Assembly (NCBI GenBank): GCA_047617785.1
Contig: JBLGBK010000008.1
Location: 1 to 42,571, forward strand
Direction: 5' to 3'
Origin: Colwellia polaris
Lineage (GTDB): Archaea > Nanohalarchaeota > Nanosalinia > Nanosalinales > Nanosalinaceae
Length of the DNA stretch: 42,571 nucleotides
In this document: piece after piece, positions 8,727-17,271 of the stretch
Numbering within the stretch: position 1 is the first letter of the stretch
Layout of the letters: the number at the start of each line of letters is the position of its first letter
Made by a program: the position numbers and the translations under genes
Notes under the pieces: model-generated
Told to the model about the DNA's origin: nothing
What the model saw: only the letters and a program-made list of their open reading frames with translations
Databases searched by the model: none

Positions 8727-9944
8727 TTGAGACGCAGCGATCTATTTGCTACTGTCTCCAAGGAGAAAGAAGCAGACCTTGACTCCCGTAGCGCCGAACT
8801 CATGGTCAAAGCTGGCTTGGTGAAGAACTTTGGTTCAGGAACATGGAGCTACACGCACCTTGGCAAGAAAGTACTCGACAACATAGAAGAAGTAGTCAGA
8901 GCAGAGATGGATGAGATAGCACAGGAGGTGAAGATGCATCAGCTTCAGACCTCAGACATCTGGAAACAGAGCGGTCGATGGGAGAATTTCGAAGATGATG
9001 AGTTCTTCACGTTGGAGAACCGTGATCAAAAGGATTTCACTATCGCAGCTACTCATGAAGAAGCTGCTACGGAGTTCGCAAAGGACTACGTCAGGAGCTA
9101 CCGTGACCTCGATTTGTCATTCTACCAGATAGGTAGGAAGTTCAGAGATGATCGCGCTCGGAAAGGTTTACTGCGTGCAAAGGAATTCATTATGAAAGAT
9201 GCATATAGCTTCCATTCGGACAGAGATTCTCTGGACAAAAAGTACCGTGAATTCACTTCGGCATACCGCAGAGTATTTGACAAGTTAGGTCTGGATTACT
9301 CCGAGGTCAGTGCCGACAATGGTTCTATGGGCGGAAGCAAATCTCATGAGTTTATGGCGGAATCTGAGATCGGGAGCGACATATATAGGAAATGTCAGAA
9401 CTCGGATTGTCTCTACGCATCCAAAGATCTTGAGAAAAAGAATTGCCAGCGATGTGGTACGCAGCTCAGGGAGGTTAAAGGTATCGAGATAGGTCACTGT
9501 TTCAAGTTGGATGACAGGTACAGTAGTTCTATGGATTTGACCTACACGGATGAGAAAGGAGAAGAGCAAGACGTATTAATGGCTTCCTATGGTATTGGAG
9601 TCTCAAGATTGGTTTCAGCCATCATTGAACAGAACCACGATGAAAGAGGGATAACCTGGAATAGAACTATTTCCGCATTTAAGACTGCGGTTATCATCGC
9701 CCGACACGAGGATGAGGTAGAGGAGAAAGCAGAAGAGATCTACAATCATCTACAGGAGAAAGGAAACCAAGTGCTTCTCTACGATGACGCTCAATCGGTT
9801 GGTGAGCAGTTCGCTGAAGCAGATCTGATAGGGATCAACAGGAAGATCATTCTCGGAAACAATTATCTGGAGAATAAGGTAATCGAGATTGAGAACCGTA
9901 ATGGAGAGGTAAGGGAGGTGGAACGCATCGAGCAAATTTTATGA
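8727..9944 (+). CDS. proS: Prolyl-tRNA synthetase, bacterial type, short form (no INS editing domain, Cys4 insert); contains no proline
   Basis: SGRW, THEE, FYQIGRKFRD, EFIMKDAYSFH, GSMGG-SHEF, IEIGHCFKL, YGIGVSR and an anticodon domain (FAEADLIG). TTG start just downstream of GGTGA. Confidence 0.9.
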   Translation: MRRSDLFATVSKEKEADLDSRSAELMVKAGLVKNFGSGTWSYTHLGKKVLDNIEEVVRAEMDEIAQEVKMHQLQTSDIWKQSGRWENFEDDEFFTLENRDQKDFTIAATHEEAATEFAKDYVRSYRDLDLSFYQIGRKFRDDRARKGLLRAKEFIMKDAYSFHSDRDSLDKKYREFTSAYRRVFDKLGLDYSEVSADNGSMGGSKSHEFMAESEIGSDIYRKCQNSDCLYASKDLEKKNCQRCGTQLREVKGIEIGHCFKLDDRYSSSMDLTYTDEKGEEQDVLMASYGIGVSRLVSAIIEQNHDERGITWNRTISAFKTAVIIARHEDEVEEKAEEIYNHLQEKGNQVLLYDDAQSVGEQFAEADLIGINRKIILGNNYLENKVIEIENRNGEVREVERIEQIL

Positions 9945-10108
9945 GGTATTCCGACTTCTCGAAAGTTCTATTCTTTTTTCTAATTTCACGATGTAGAACT
10001 CTTTTAGGGCAACTGCTTGATGATTATAGGCAAAAGGCTCTGAGAGATTAACTGATACTTTCAAAACATTTCAAGCTGAAAACCGTTGATAGAGGTATTC
10101 AAAATACT

Positions 10109-11587
10109 ATGTCACAGGAACTCGGTATAACGGTTAAGAAAGATCAAGATCCTTCAGAATGGTACACGCAAATAGTACAGAAAGCAGATTTAGCTGACTA
10201 TGCACCTGTCAAAGGTTGTATGGTCATCAAACCGTATGGAATGAAGCTTTGGGAGTCTATTAAGGAAGAATTCAACTCTAAGATACAAGATACAGGAGTT
10301 GAAAACGCATACTTCCCACTTTTCATACCAGAAAGCTATCTTGAGAAAGAAAGTGATATTGTAGAAGGATTCGATCCAGAAGTTGCGTGGGTGACACACG
10401 GGGGCAACAGTGAACTAGAAGAACGCCTTGCAGTACGCCCAACAAGCGAATCAATCATTGCGCCTTTCATGAGCGACTGGATTCGCAGTCATCGAGACCT
10501 TCCGATGAGGCTTAATCAATGGGCAAACGTGGTCCGATGGGAGGCAACCGACACAAGACCGTTCCTCCGCACCAGAGAATTCCTTTGGCAGGAAGGCCAC
10601 ACTGCTCACGCGTCCGAGGAAAGTGCTGACAAGGAAACAATGTTGAGGCTTGAACAGTATCAAGAAGTAATTGAAGACCATCTCGCTATTCCAAGCATTC
10701 TTGGATACAAGCCAGAACACGATAAGTTCCCGGGTGCAAAATACACTACAACAATAGAAACATTGATGCCTGACGGTAAATCAATTCAATCGGGAACTTC
10801 ACATCAGCTTGGACAGCACTTTGCAGAAGCCTTCGACATAACATACGAAGACAGAGACTCAAGTGAACAGACAGCTTGGACAACAAGCTGGGGTCTCTCC
10901 ACAAGAACAGTTGGAGCACTAATCATGGCTCATGGAGACGACGACGGACTACGACTACCTCCAAACGTCGCACCAATTCAGATTGTAGTAGTGCCGATCT
11001 TCCAAGAAGACAACAAAGAAGAGGTGCTCGACTACGCAGAGGAAATCAGCGACGAACTTGAGGAACAAGGTATCCGGGTAGAGTTCGACTACAGAGACCA
11101 CAGAACGCCAGGATACAAGTTCAACGAATGGGAACTCAAAGGAGTACCTCTCAGAGTCGAAGTTGGACCAAACGAAATGGAAGACGAAGCAGTCACCACA
11201 GTCAGAAGAGACACAGGTGACAAAGAAATGGGTCTCGACCGTGAAGAGTTCATCGAAGAAGCAGGAGACACGCTAGAAGATATCCAGCAAACACTATATG
11301 AACAGTTGGAAGAATATCAGGAAGAAAACATTCGAGAAGCAGACTCAAAGAACGAAATCCTCGCAACCATAGGAAAGAACCGCGGATATGTCAAGACCAG
11401 ATGGTGTGGCAAAGAAGGCTGTGAAGCAGAAATTAAAGATGAAGTCAGCGCAGAAATCGTAGTTCTGCCATTCAGAGAAGATTCCAAACCAGCAACCATC
11501 CAAGAACGTGAAGAGGAAATCGACGGCGAATGCTCAATCTGTGGGGAAGAAGCAGAACGCTGGGCATACTTCGCAAAGAACTACTGA
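10109..11587 (+). CDS. proS: Prolyl-tRNA synthetase, archaeal/eukaryotic type
   Basis: RPTSE, NQWANVVRWE, FLRTREFLWQEGHT, HGDDDGLRLPP, WELKGVPLR, and a C-terminal Zn domain ending FAKNY. Confidence 0.97.
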   Translation: MSQELGITVKKDQDPSEWYTQIVQKADLADYAPVKGCMVIKPYGMKLWESIKEEFNSKIQDTGVENAYFPLFIPESYLEKESDIVEGFDPEVAWVTHGGNSELEERLAVRPTSESIIAPFMSDWIRSHRDLPMRLNQWANVVRWEATDTRPFLRTREFLWQEGHTAHASEESADKETMLRLEQYQEVIEDHLAIPSILGYKPEHDKFPGAKYTTTIETLMPDGKSIQSGTSHQLGQHFAEAFDITYEDRDSSEQTAWTTSWGLSTRTVGALIMAHGDDDGLRLPPNVAPIQIVVVPIFQEDNKEEVLDYAEEISDELEEQGIRVEFDYRDHRTPGYKFNEWELKGVPLRVEVGPNEMEDEAVTTVRRDTGDKEMGLDREEFIEEAGDTLEDIQQTLYEQLEEYQEENIREADSKNEILATIGKNRGYVKTRWCGKEGCEAEIKDEVSAEIVVLPFREDSKPATIQEREEEIDGECSICGEEAERWAYFAKNY

Positions 11588-11719
11588 GTATTCCTTCATT
11601 TGTTCCAGAGCCAGTATTCTATTCAATTATTTCTCCTATTTTTGTTTTCTTAAGTTGAGCAAGTTAATTTTTTCGTGTTAGATATTTCAATTTCAATGGC
11701 GTTAATATAGATTGTATTG

Positions 11720-12496
11720 ATGGAGCTTTCAATTGTAGTCCCTGTTTTTAATGAGGAGGGTAATCTTAGACCACTCCATCACGAACTGCTTCAGAATATA
11801 CCGGAGCGGATTCAGAATTATGAGATAATTTTTGTAGATGATGGTTCTAATGATTCTAGTTCTGAAATTTTGGAGGATTTATCCAGCCGATATGATGCAG
11901 TTAAACTAGTTAAGTTTGCTGATAACTTTGGGCAAACACAGGCATTACAGGCAGGTTTTGATAATGCGAAAGGCGATTATATAGTGACTCTTGATGCGGA
12001 TATGCAAAATGATCCTAAGGATATACCTGATTTAATGGAAGTTCTGATTTCTGAAGACCTTGACATGGTCTCGGGATGGAGGAAGGAGAGACAGGATCCG
12101 TTTTTCAAGATTATGTCCTCTAATATCGCCTCAGTTTTGCGTAGATTTCTTCTTAATACTGACTTACATGACTATGGCTGTACTCTGAAGATTTACAAGA
12201 AAGAAGCGGCTAAAGATCTAAAATTATATGGGGAGATGCATCGCTATATACCGCCCTTACTTGATCGTAAAGGCTATGAGGTGTCAGAAAGAGAGGTCAA
12301 TCATAGGGAAAGAAGGTCTGGAGAGACTAAATATGGTTTAAAGAGGTTGCCGAGAGGTTTTATAGACTTGATAGGGCTATGGGCGAGTGAAAATCAAGAA
12401 GTGCTGAAACGTATTTTTACTGATTTATTTTGGATAGAGGGTCGTAGAGACAAAATTGAAGGGTCAAGAAACTATAAAATTACAGAGGTTGTCTAA
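11720..12496 (+). CDS. GT2 glycosyltransferase (polyprenol-phosphate glycosyltransferase, DPM1/ArnC-like)
   Basis: SIVVPVFNEE, FVDDGS, NFGQ, DADMQNDP, HRER..GETKY. Confidence 0.92.
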   Translation: MELSIVVPVFNEEGNLRPLHHELLQNIPERIQNYEIIFVDDGSNDSSSEILEDLSSRYDAVKLVKFADNFGQTQALQAGFDNAKGDYIVTLDADMQNDPKDIPDLMEVLISEDLDMVSGWRKERQDPFFKIMSSNIASVLRRFLLNTDLHDYGCTLKIYKKEAAKDLKLYGEMHRYIPPLLDRKGYEVSEREVNHRERRSGETKYGLKRLPRGFIDLIGLWASENQEVLKRIFTDLFWIEGRRDKIEGSRNYKITEVV

Positions 12497-13591
12497 TTGA
12501 GAATATTAATGCTTAATTATGAGTTTCCTCCTTTAGGTGGTGGAGCTGCAAATGCCAATCGGTATATGTTGAAGAAAATGGCTGATAAAGATGTTGAGAT
12601 AGATTTAGTAACTTCGTCTCTGGAAGAAGAGGAGAAAGAATCCTTTTCTGAAAATATTACTGTACATAGAGTTGATGTTAATAAAAAGGATATTCATTAT
12701 TGGCGTCAAAGAGAAATACTTCTTTATATGGTTAGAGGCTTTAGACGTTCTAAAGAACTAATTGAGGAAAAAGACTATGATTTAATTCATGCATGGTTTG
12801 GATTTCCATGCGGTTTTATGTCTCAGCACCTAGAACTACCCTATATTGTAAGTTTAAGAGGTAGCGATGTGCCAGGTTATAATAACCGTTTTTCTTTCCA
12901 TTATGTTCTTCTCAAGCCTGTAATTAGGTCTGTATGGAGAAATGCAGAGGCAATAGTAGCTAACTCCTCAGGATTACGTGATTTGGCTCGGGAAACAATG
13001 GACATTAACATAGATATCATCCCAAATGGGGTTGATGTATCTCAATTTGCTCCGAGGGCATCTGAAAAGACTCGATTCCGAGTTCTAACGGTTGCACGTT
13101 TGATAGAGCGTAAAAGAGTTGGAGATATTATTGAGGCGGTTAAAGGCCTTGATGTTGAGCTGGTGATTGTTGGGGAAGGAAATAAGAAGAGCAAATTAAA
13201 GGCAATGGTTTCAAAGCAAGGTTTGGATGATAAAATTGACTTTAAAGGTTATGTAGAGCATGATAAGTTGCCTAAGATATATGAGTCCGCAGATCTGTTC
13301 GTCCTACCTTCTCTTAATGAGGGTATGAGTAATACGCTTCTAGAAGCTATGGCTGCAGGTCTTCCTATAGTAACTACTGATACGGGAGGAACGGAGGAGC
13401 TTATAGATGGCAATGGCAAGATTGTTGAAAAGGAGAATTCGTCCGAAATTAGATCTGCTATCCGGAATTATATCGATGATCCTGTGATGCACGAAAAACA
13501 TCAATCTAGATCAAGAGAAATTGCAAAAAGAATGAGTTGGGAAAATAAAGCCGAAGACTACATGGAACTATATAGGAAGTGTATTCAATGA
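12497..13591 (+). CDS. GT4 glycosyltransferase
   Basis: YEFPPLGGG, IIPNGVD, ADLFVLPSLNEGMSNTLLEAMAAGLP. Confidence 0.93.
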   Translation: MRILMLNYEFPPLGGGAANANRYMLKKMADKDVEIDLVTSSLEEEEKESFSENITVHRVDVNKKDIHYWRQREILLYMVRGFRRSKELIEEKDYDLIHAWFGFPCGFMSQHLELPYIVSLRGSDVPGYNNRFSFHYVLLKPVIRSVWRNAEAIVANSSGLRDLARETMDINIDIIPNGVDVSQFAPRASEKTRFRVLTVARLIERKRVGDIIEAVKGLDVELVIVGEGNKKSKLKAMVSKQGLDDKIDFKGYVEHDKLPKIYESADLFVLPSLNEGMSNTLLEAMAAGLPIVTTDTGGTEELIDGNGKIVEKENSSEIRSAIRNYIDDPVMHEKHQSRSREIAKRMSWENKAEDYMELYRKCIQ

Positions 13592-14292
13592 ACTTGGAAG
13601 AGATAATTAGTCATAATATAGATTTAATGCAGAAAAACTGGGCTGAAAAATACAGAAATTTGTCTGCTTCCAGAATATCGATGAGAAAGGAATTAAGGCC
13701 TGTTTTAGAACGTTATTCTAGCGGTAAATTGCTTGATGCAGGAGCAGGGAACCAGGTTTTCAGAGATATTGTAGAGGATCAGTGCGAAATATATGAGAGT
13801 CTGGATTTAAAGGACTCAGAAGATATCTCATATGTCCAAGATATAAGAGACACTGATCTAGATTCAGAGAGTTTCGACACTGTTTTCTGCCGTAATGTAT
13901 TAGAACACATCAGGAACCCTGGTGACGCCTTAGATGAGATGTCAAGAATAACATCTCAAGAAGGCAAAATAATTTTGACACTGCCTCATTTAGCCTATCT
14001 GCATAATCAACCTGATGATTATTACCGTTTTACTCGTTATGGGGTTAGAGAACTTGTTGAGGACACTAATTTACAGGTGGTGGAAATGCGGGAGGCTGGC
14101 GGTCTTTTCAGCTTTCTAGCTTATTCCTTATCGACCTTCGGTTTCGGAATTGCGTTCAGCATTCCAATCATAGCTAATATTCTTTACTATGCAAATCTTC
14201 CTCTTCAGCATCTGGCGATATTACTTGACAATTTAACTGGAAATAAAACATACTTTCCACTGAACTATGTTATAGTATTGAGTAAGACTTAA
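13588..14292 (+). CDS. Class I SAM-dependent methyltransferase (type 11-like)
   Basis: LLDAGAG, SFDTVFC..VLEH, HNQPDDYYRFT. ATG 13588 overlaps the upstream stop (ATGA). Confidence 0.88.
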   Translation: MNLEEIISHNIDLMQKNWAEKYRNLSASRISMRKELRPVLERYSSGKLLDAGAGNQVFRDIVEDQCEIYESLDLKDSEDISYVQDIRDTDLDSESFDTVFCRNVLEHIRNPGDALDEMSRITSQEGKIILTLPHLAYLHNQPDDYYRFTRYGVRELVEDTNLQVVEMREAGGLFSFLAYSLSTFGFGIAFSIPIIANILYYANLPLQHLAILLDNLTGNKTYFPLNYVIVLSKT

Positions 14293-15209
14293 TTCTCTAA
14301 AAAAACTCTGAAGGGCTTGTTAAATCTAAAAAACGACTGATGGTTGTCTAAAGTATTTTCAATACTCTGATTAACTTCTAAAACTTCTCTTTTAGGGTGA
14401 GAGAGTCTTATGAACTGTGAAGGGTTTCCTTTCATGGAGTGTCTTACAAGATATTTCACTTTGAAGTCGTATCTTGATAGAAAGCTCATTAAATCTTCTA
14501 AACTACTGTCATAGAATTTAATCTTACGCGGATGCATTTCGAGGAAGAGTTTAACATTGTTCTCGCTCAAGGTGTTTTTCATTCCTTTGAGGATATTGTG
14601 CTCATACCCTTCGACATCCATTCGTACAACATCTATATTTTCCTCAATAACGTTGTCTAAAGACTGAACCTCGACTTCTAGATCCTTTTCTTCTCCTTCA
14701 TAATGTATATGGCGAGTGTTAGTGATCTTTGATCTTGTGAAATATTCTTTCTTTCTTGAAGATCCGATAGCTTTGTTTAATGTCTTAATATTGCTGTAAT
14801 CGTTTAGTTCTATATTTTCATTAAGTCGCTGATATGTTTCGGGATCTGGCTCTATGCTGAAAACTTTTCCACTGTTTCCTGCCTCTTTAGCCGCCATCAG
14901 GGTGTAGTAACCTATGTTCGATCCTATATCCGCTATAGCGTCTCCTTCTTCTATTTCAGACCTGAAAATTTTCGTAGATTCTGCCTCTCTTATGTTCTGG
15001 AGAAAGAGGTCTTTCTCAAGTCCGATATTAGTTGCATCAAGAATCATTGAAGAATCTTCGATTTCTCTTTGTACTTTCAAAAACTGTTTATTCTGTGTTT
15101 CCAAACGGTAATATAATTCTCTGTAGATGGAATGCTTATAGCACTCTCTAACTGTTTTTCCCATACCTACCTTTTTGAATAATCCAAGAACTCTGCTAGA
15201 GAGCGTCAT
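14289..15209 (-). CDS. FkbM-family methyltransferase
   Basis: DIGSNIGYYT, SIEPDP, VRMDVEGYE, FLEMHP. Confidence 0.92.
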   Translation of the reverse strand: MTLSSRVLGLFKKVGMGKTVRECYKHSIYRELYYRLETQNKQFLKVQREIEDSSMILDATNIGLEKDLFLQNIREAESTKIFRSEIEEGDAIADIGSNIGYYTLMAAKEAGNSGKVFSIEPDPETYQRLNENIELNDYSNIKTLNKAIGSSRKKEYFTRSKITNTRHIHYEGEEKDLEVEVQSLDNVIEENIDVVRMDVEGYEHNILKGMKNTLSENNVKLFLEMHPRKIKFYDSSLEDLMSFLSRYDFKVKYLVRHSMKGNPSQFIRLSHPKREVLEVNQSIENTLDNHQSFFRFNKPFRVFLEN

Positions 15210-15278
15210 TTTTATTTAAACGTATGATGGTTGCGAAAGTTAAAATATACTGGCGATAAATAGTAATGTAGCCGGATT

Positions 15279-15716
15279 ATGGACAAGAAGATGCGGATAG
15301 AAGATAATAGAACCAAGTTAATATTTCTATCAGCTCTAGCTACAGGTTTAGTTTTATCTTTGATCGTAAAGCCGGAGGTAATAATAAGTTTATTCGAGCT
15401 AACTAGAGGCGAACAGTACCCTCTCTATGGTGTGATGGTGTGGGAGGTTGATCGAGCAGAGTGCAGATTTTACGATACCGAGCAACTTCTTCCACGAGGC
15501 TACGAAAGTATGTTCGATAAAGATCCACAAGAATGTGGAAGTTTCGATTCACAGATGCTCAGAAGAAGACTTCAACTTATAAATGAAACAACGAACTCTA
15601 CCGAAGTAAAAACTCTAATAGAAGAGGCCTATACAGAGATAGAAAACTATAACTATGAGAGGGCTCAAGAGATAGCCTCTCGAATTGAAGTAAATAGGAC
15701 GTATAGTGTTAACTGA
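15279..15716 (+). CDS. Hypothetical protein with an N-terminal TM/signal helix
   Basis: 145-aa ORF filling the gap between two minus-strand genes; hydrophobic N-terminal segment. Confidence 0.6.
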   Translation: MDKKMRIEDNRTKLIFLSALATGLVLSLIVKPEVIISLFELTRGEQYPLYGVMVWEVDRAECRFYDTEQLLPRGYESMFDKDPQECGSFDSQMLRRRLQLINETTNSTEVKTLIEEAYTEIENYNYERAQEIASRIEVNRTYSVN

Positions 15717-15717
15717 C

Positions 15718-17184
15718 TTACCAACTCCAGGCTATCATGGAGCCGATAGCCTTCCGGTTCTCTGTCTGGTTGAATACTTTTTTCATCTCATCACTCAACA
15801 GCTCATATTCGTACTCGTTCATGACAATCCATCCTGAATCAGATTTGTTCAGAGCTTTGCTCATATCTTCTGTTCCAGTTATCATTGCTGCGCCAGAATA
15901 CTCGTCAACTCCGTTCCGCATAGAGGAATCTACGCCGAACAATGCTCCGCTAAACTGATAATCGGGGGTATCAAGATAATAAATTGCTGACGGCGAAGAA
16001 CTAGTTATTAGTGTATCTGTTTCGTTATACTCTTGCTCGACAAAACCGTATATCTCTCTGTTTTCATATACCGGTCTAACATCTCTGTAATCTGAAAAAT
16101 TGCCTACTGTCGATATTCCAATCAGGATAATGAATAGAATAATTGCAGAATTTTTAATGAGTTGATATCTGCTGAAACTCTCAAATAATGTTTCAAGTAA
16201 CGTATCTATTGTTAAAGCAGTCCAAAGCGCAACAAAGGGAAGTATAACAAGTATATATCTATTATTGGCGCCTGAAATGTGGAAAAAGTAAACGTATAAA
16301 ACAGGAACTACTGCAAGGAAGGTTAGAAAAGCTGTCTTTAGATCTCTTCTTATATTGATCCCAAGGCCCAAGGCGCCAGTCACTAAAGGCCACAGAAAGT
16401 TATTACTAAGCCATATACTGTAATATTCTAAATGAGATGTACTTTGTACGAGGAGATTTACCGCCTCTCTCTTGACATATACTACGAATGATAAGAGGCT
16501 AAGTAAACCTATAATGGTTTTAGAAGCATTTTGGCGGTAATCTAAACTTATATTATTGAATTTAAATGTTAAAATATAAATTGAAGCTATTAAAGGCAGA
16601 ATAATAGAGGTAAGATGGCTGGAAATACTTAAAAGCACTAAAAGGGCTAATATAGCCAAGTTTCTTTTTGTGAAATCTTTTTCCAGGCGGTATATCATAA
16701 ATATGGATGCCGTATAAAATAAGAGGTGTAATGCATACATTCTGACCTGCATAGACCAGGCAATATGCCATAAAGAAAATGTAATGATTGATGAGGAAAC
16801 TAAACCTACATCCTTATTGTAAAATTCTTTTCCAATTACATAGGTTAATGCTATAGTTAAAGTTCCTGCTATAGCTGAAGGCATTCTTAGACTGAACTCT
16901 GATACGCCTAGTAAGCCTGCTGATGCTGCTGAAAGAACTAGTTGTGGCGTATGATGCCAGTAAACATATCCTGAGGGGAAATTAGGTATACCATTTTCCA
17001 GAATTGATAGAGCGGCATTGGCAGAAATAGCTTCGTCATGCCATAGAGATAACTCTCCCAGATATCTTATCCTTAGCCACGCTGCTGAAATTATCAATAC
17101 CAAAAGTACAATTCTATGGAATGTAAGAGACGAGGATAAGTTTTCTTTAGTATAGCTTCTCAATTCAGATAATCCTGTAGGCAT
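15718..17184 (-). CDS. GT-C membrane glycosyltransferase (GT39/ArnT/PMT_2-like)
   Basis: LRIRYLGELSLWHDE, EFSLRMPSA, SMQVRMY, RY motif; many TM helices. Confidence 0.88.
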   Translation of the reverse strand: MPTGLSELRSYTKENLSSSLTFHRIVLLVLIISAAWLRIRYLGELSLWHDEAISANAALSILENGIPNFPSGYVYWHHTPQLVLSAASAGLLGVSEFSLRMPSAIAGTLTIALTYVIGKEFYNKDVGLVSSSIITFSLWHIAWSMQVRMYALHLLFYTASIFMIYRLEKDFTKRNLAILALLVLLSISSHLTSIILPLIASIYILTFKFNNISLDYRQNASKTIIGLLSLLSFVVYVKREAVNLLVQSTSHLEYYSIWLSNNFLWPLVTGALGLGINIRRDLKTAFLTFLAVVPVLYVYFFHISGANNRYILVILPFVALWTALTIDTLLETLFESFSRYQLIKNSAIILFIILIGISTVGNFSDYRDVRPVYENREIYGFVEQEYNETDTLITSSSPSAIYYLDTPDYQFSGALFGVDSSMRNGVDEYSGAAMITGTEDMSKALNKSDSGWIVMNEYEYELLSDEMKKVFNQTENRKAIGSMIAWSW

Positions 17185-17271
17185 CTAGTTATGTTTTTAT
17201 GTTTCTCTTTTCTTAATTTGACCGTTATCTCCAAAATAATATCTTCCCCCGTTTCACAAATTATTGGTAGG

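Noticed and set aside
8722-8730. Frameshifted or pseudogenised proS start (ATG TTT TGA)
   Set aside because: TTG 8727 is well spaced from GGTGA and gives the canonical MRxS N-terminus; the ORF is intact.
8727-9944. Proline absence caused by low GC or a codon reassignment
   Set aside because: Gly, Ala and Arg codons are abundant in the gene. The replacements are diverse (H, A, D, N, T and others), and neighbouring genes use CCN at conserved Pro positions.
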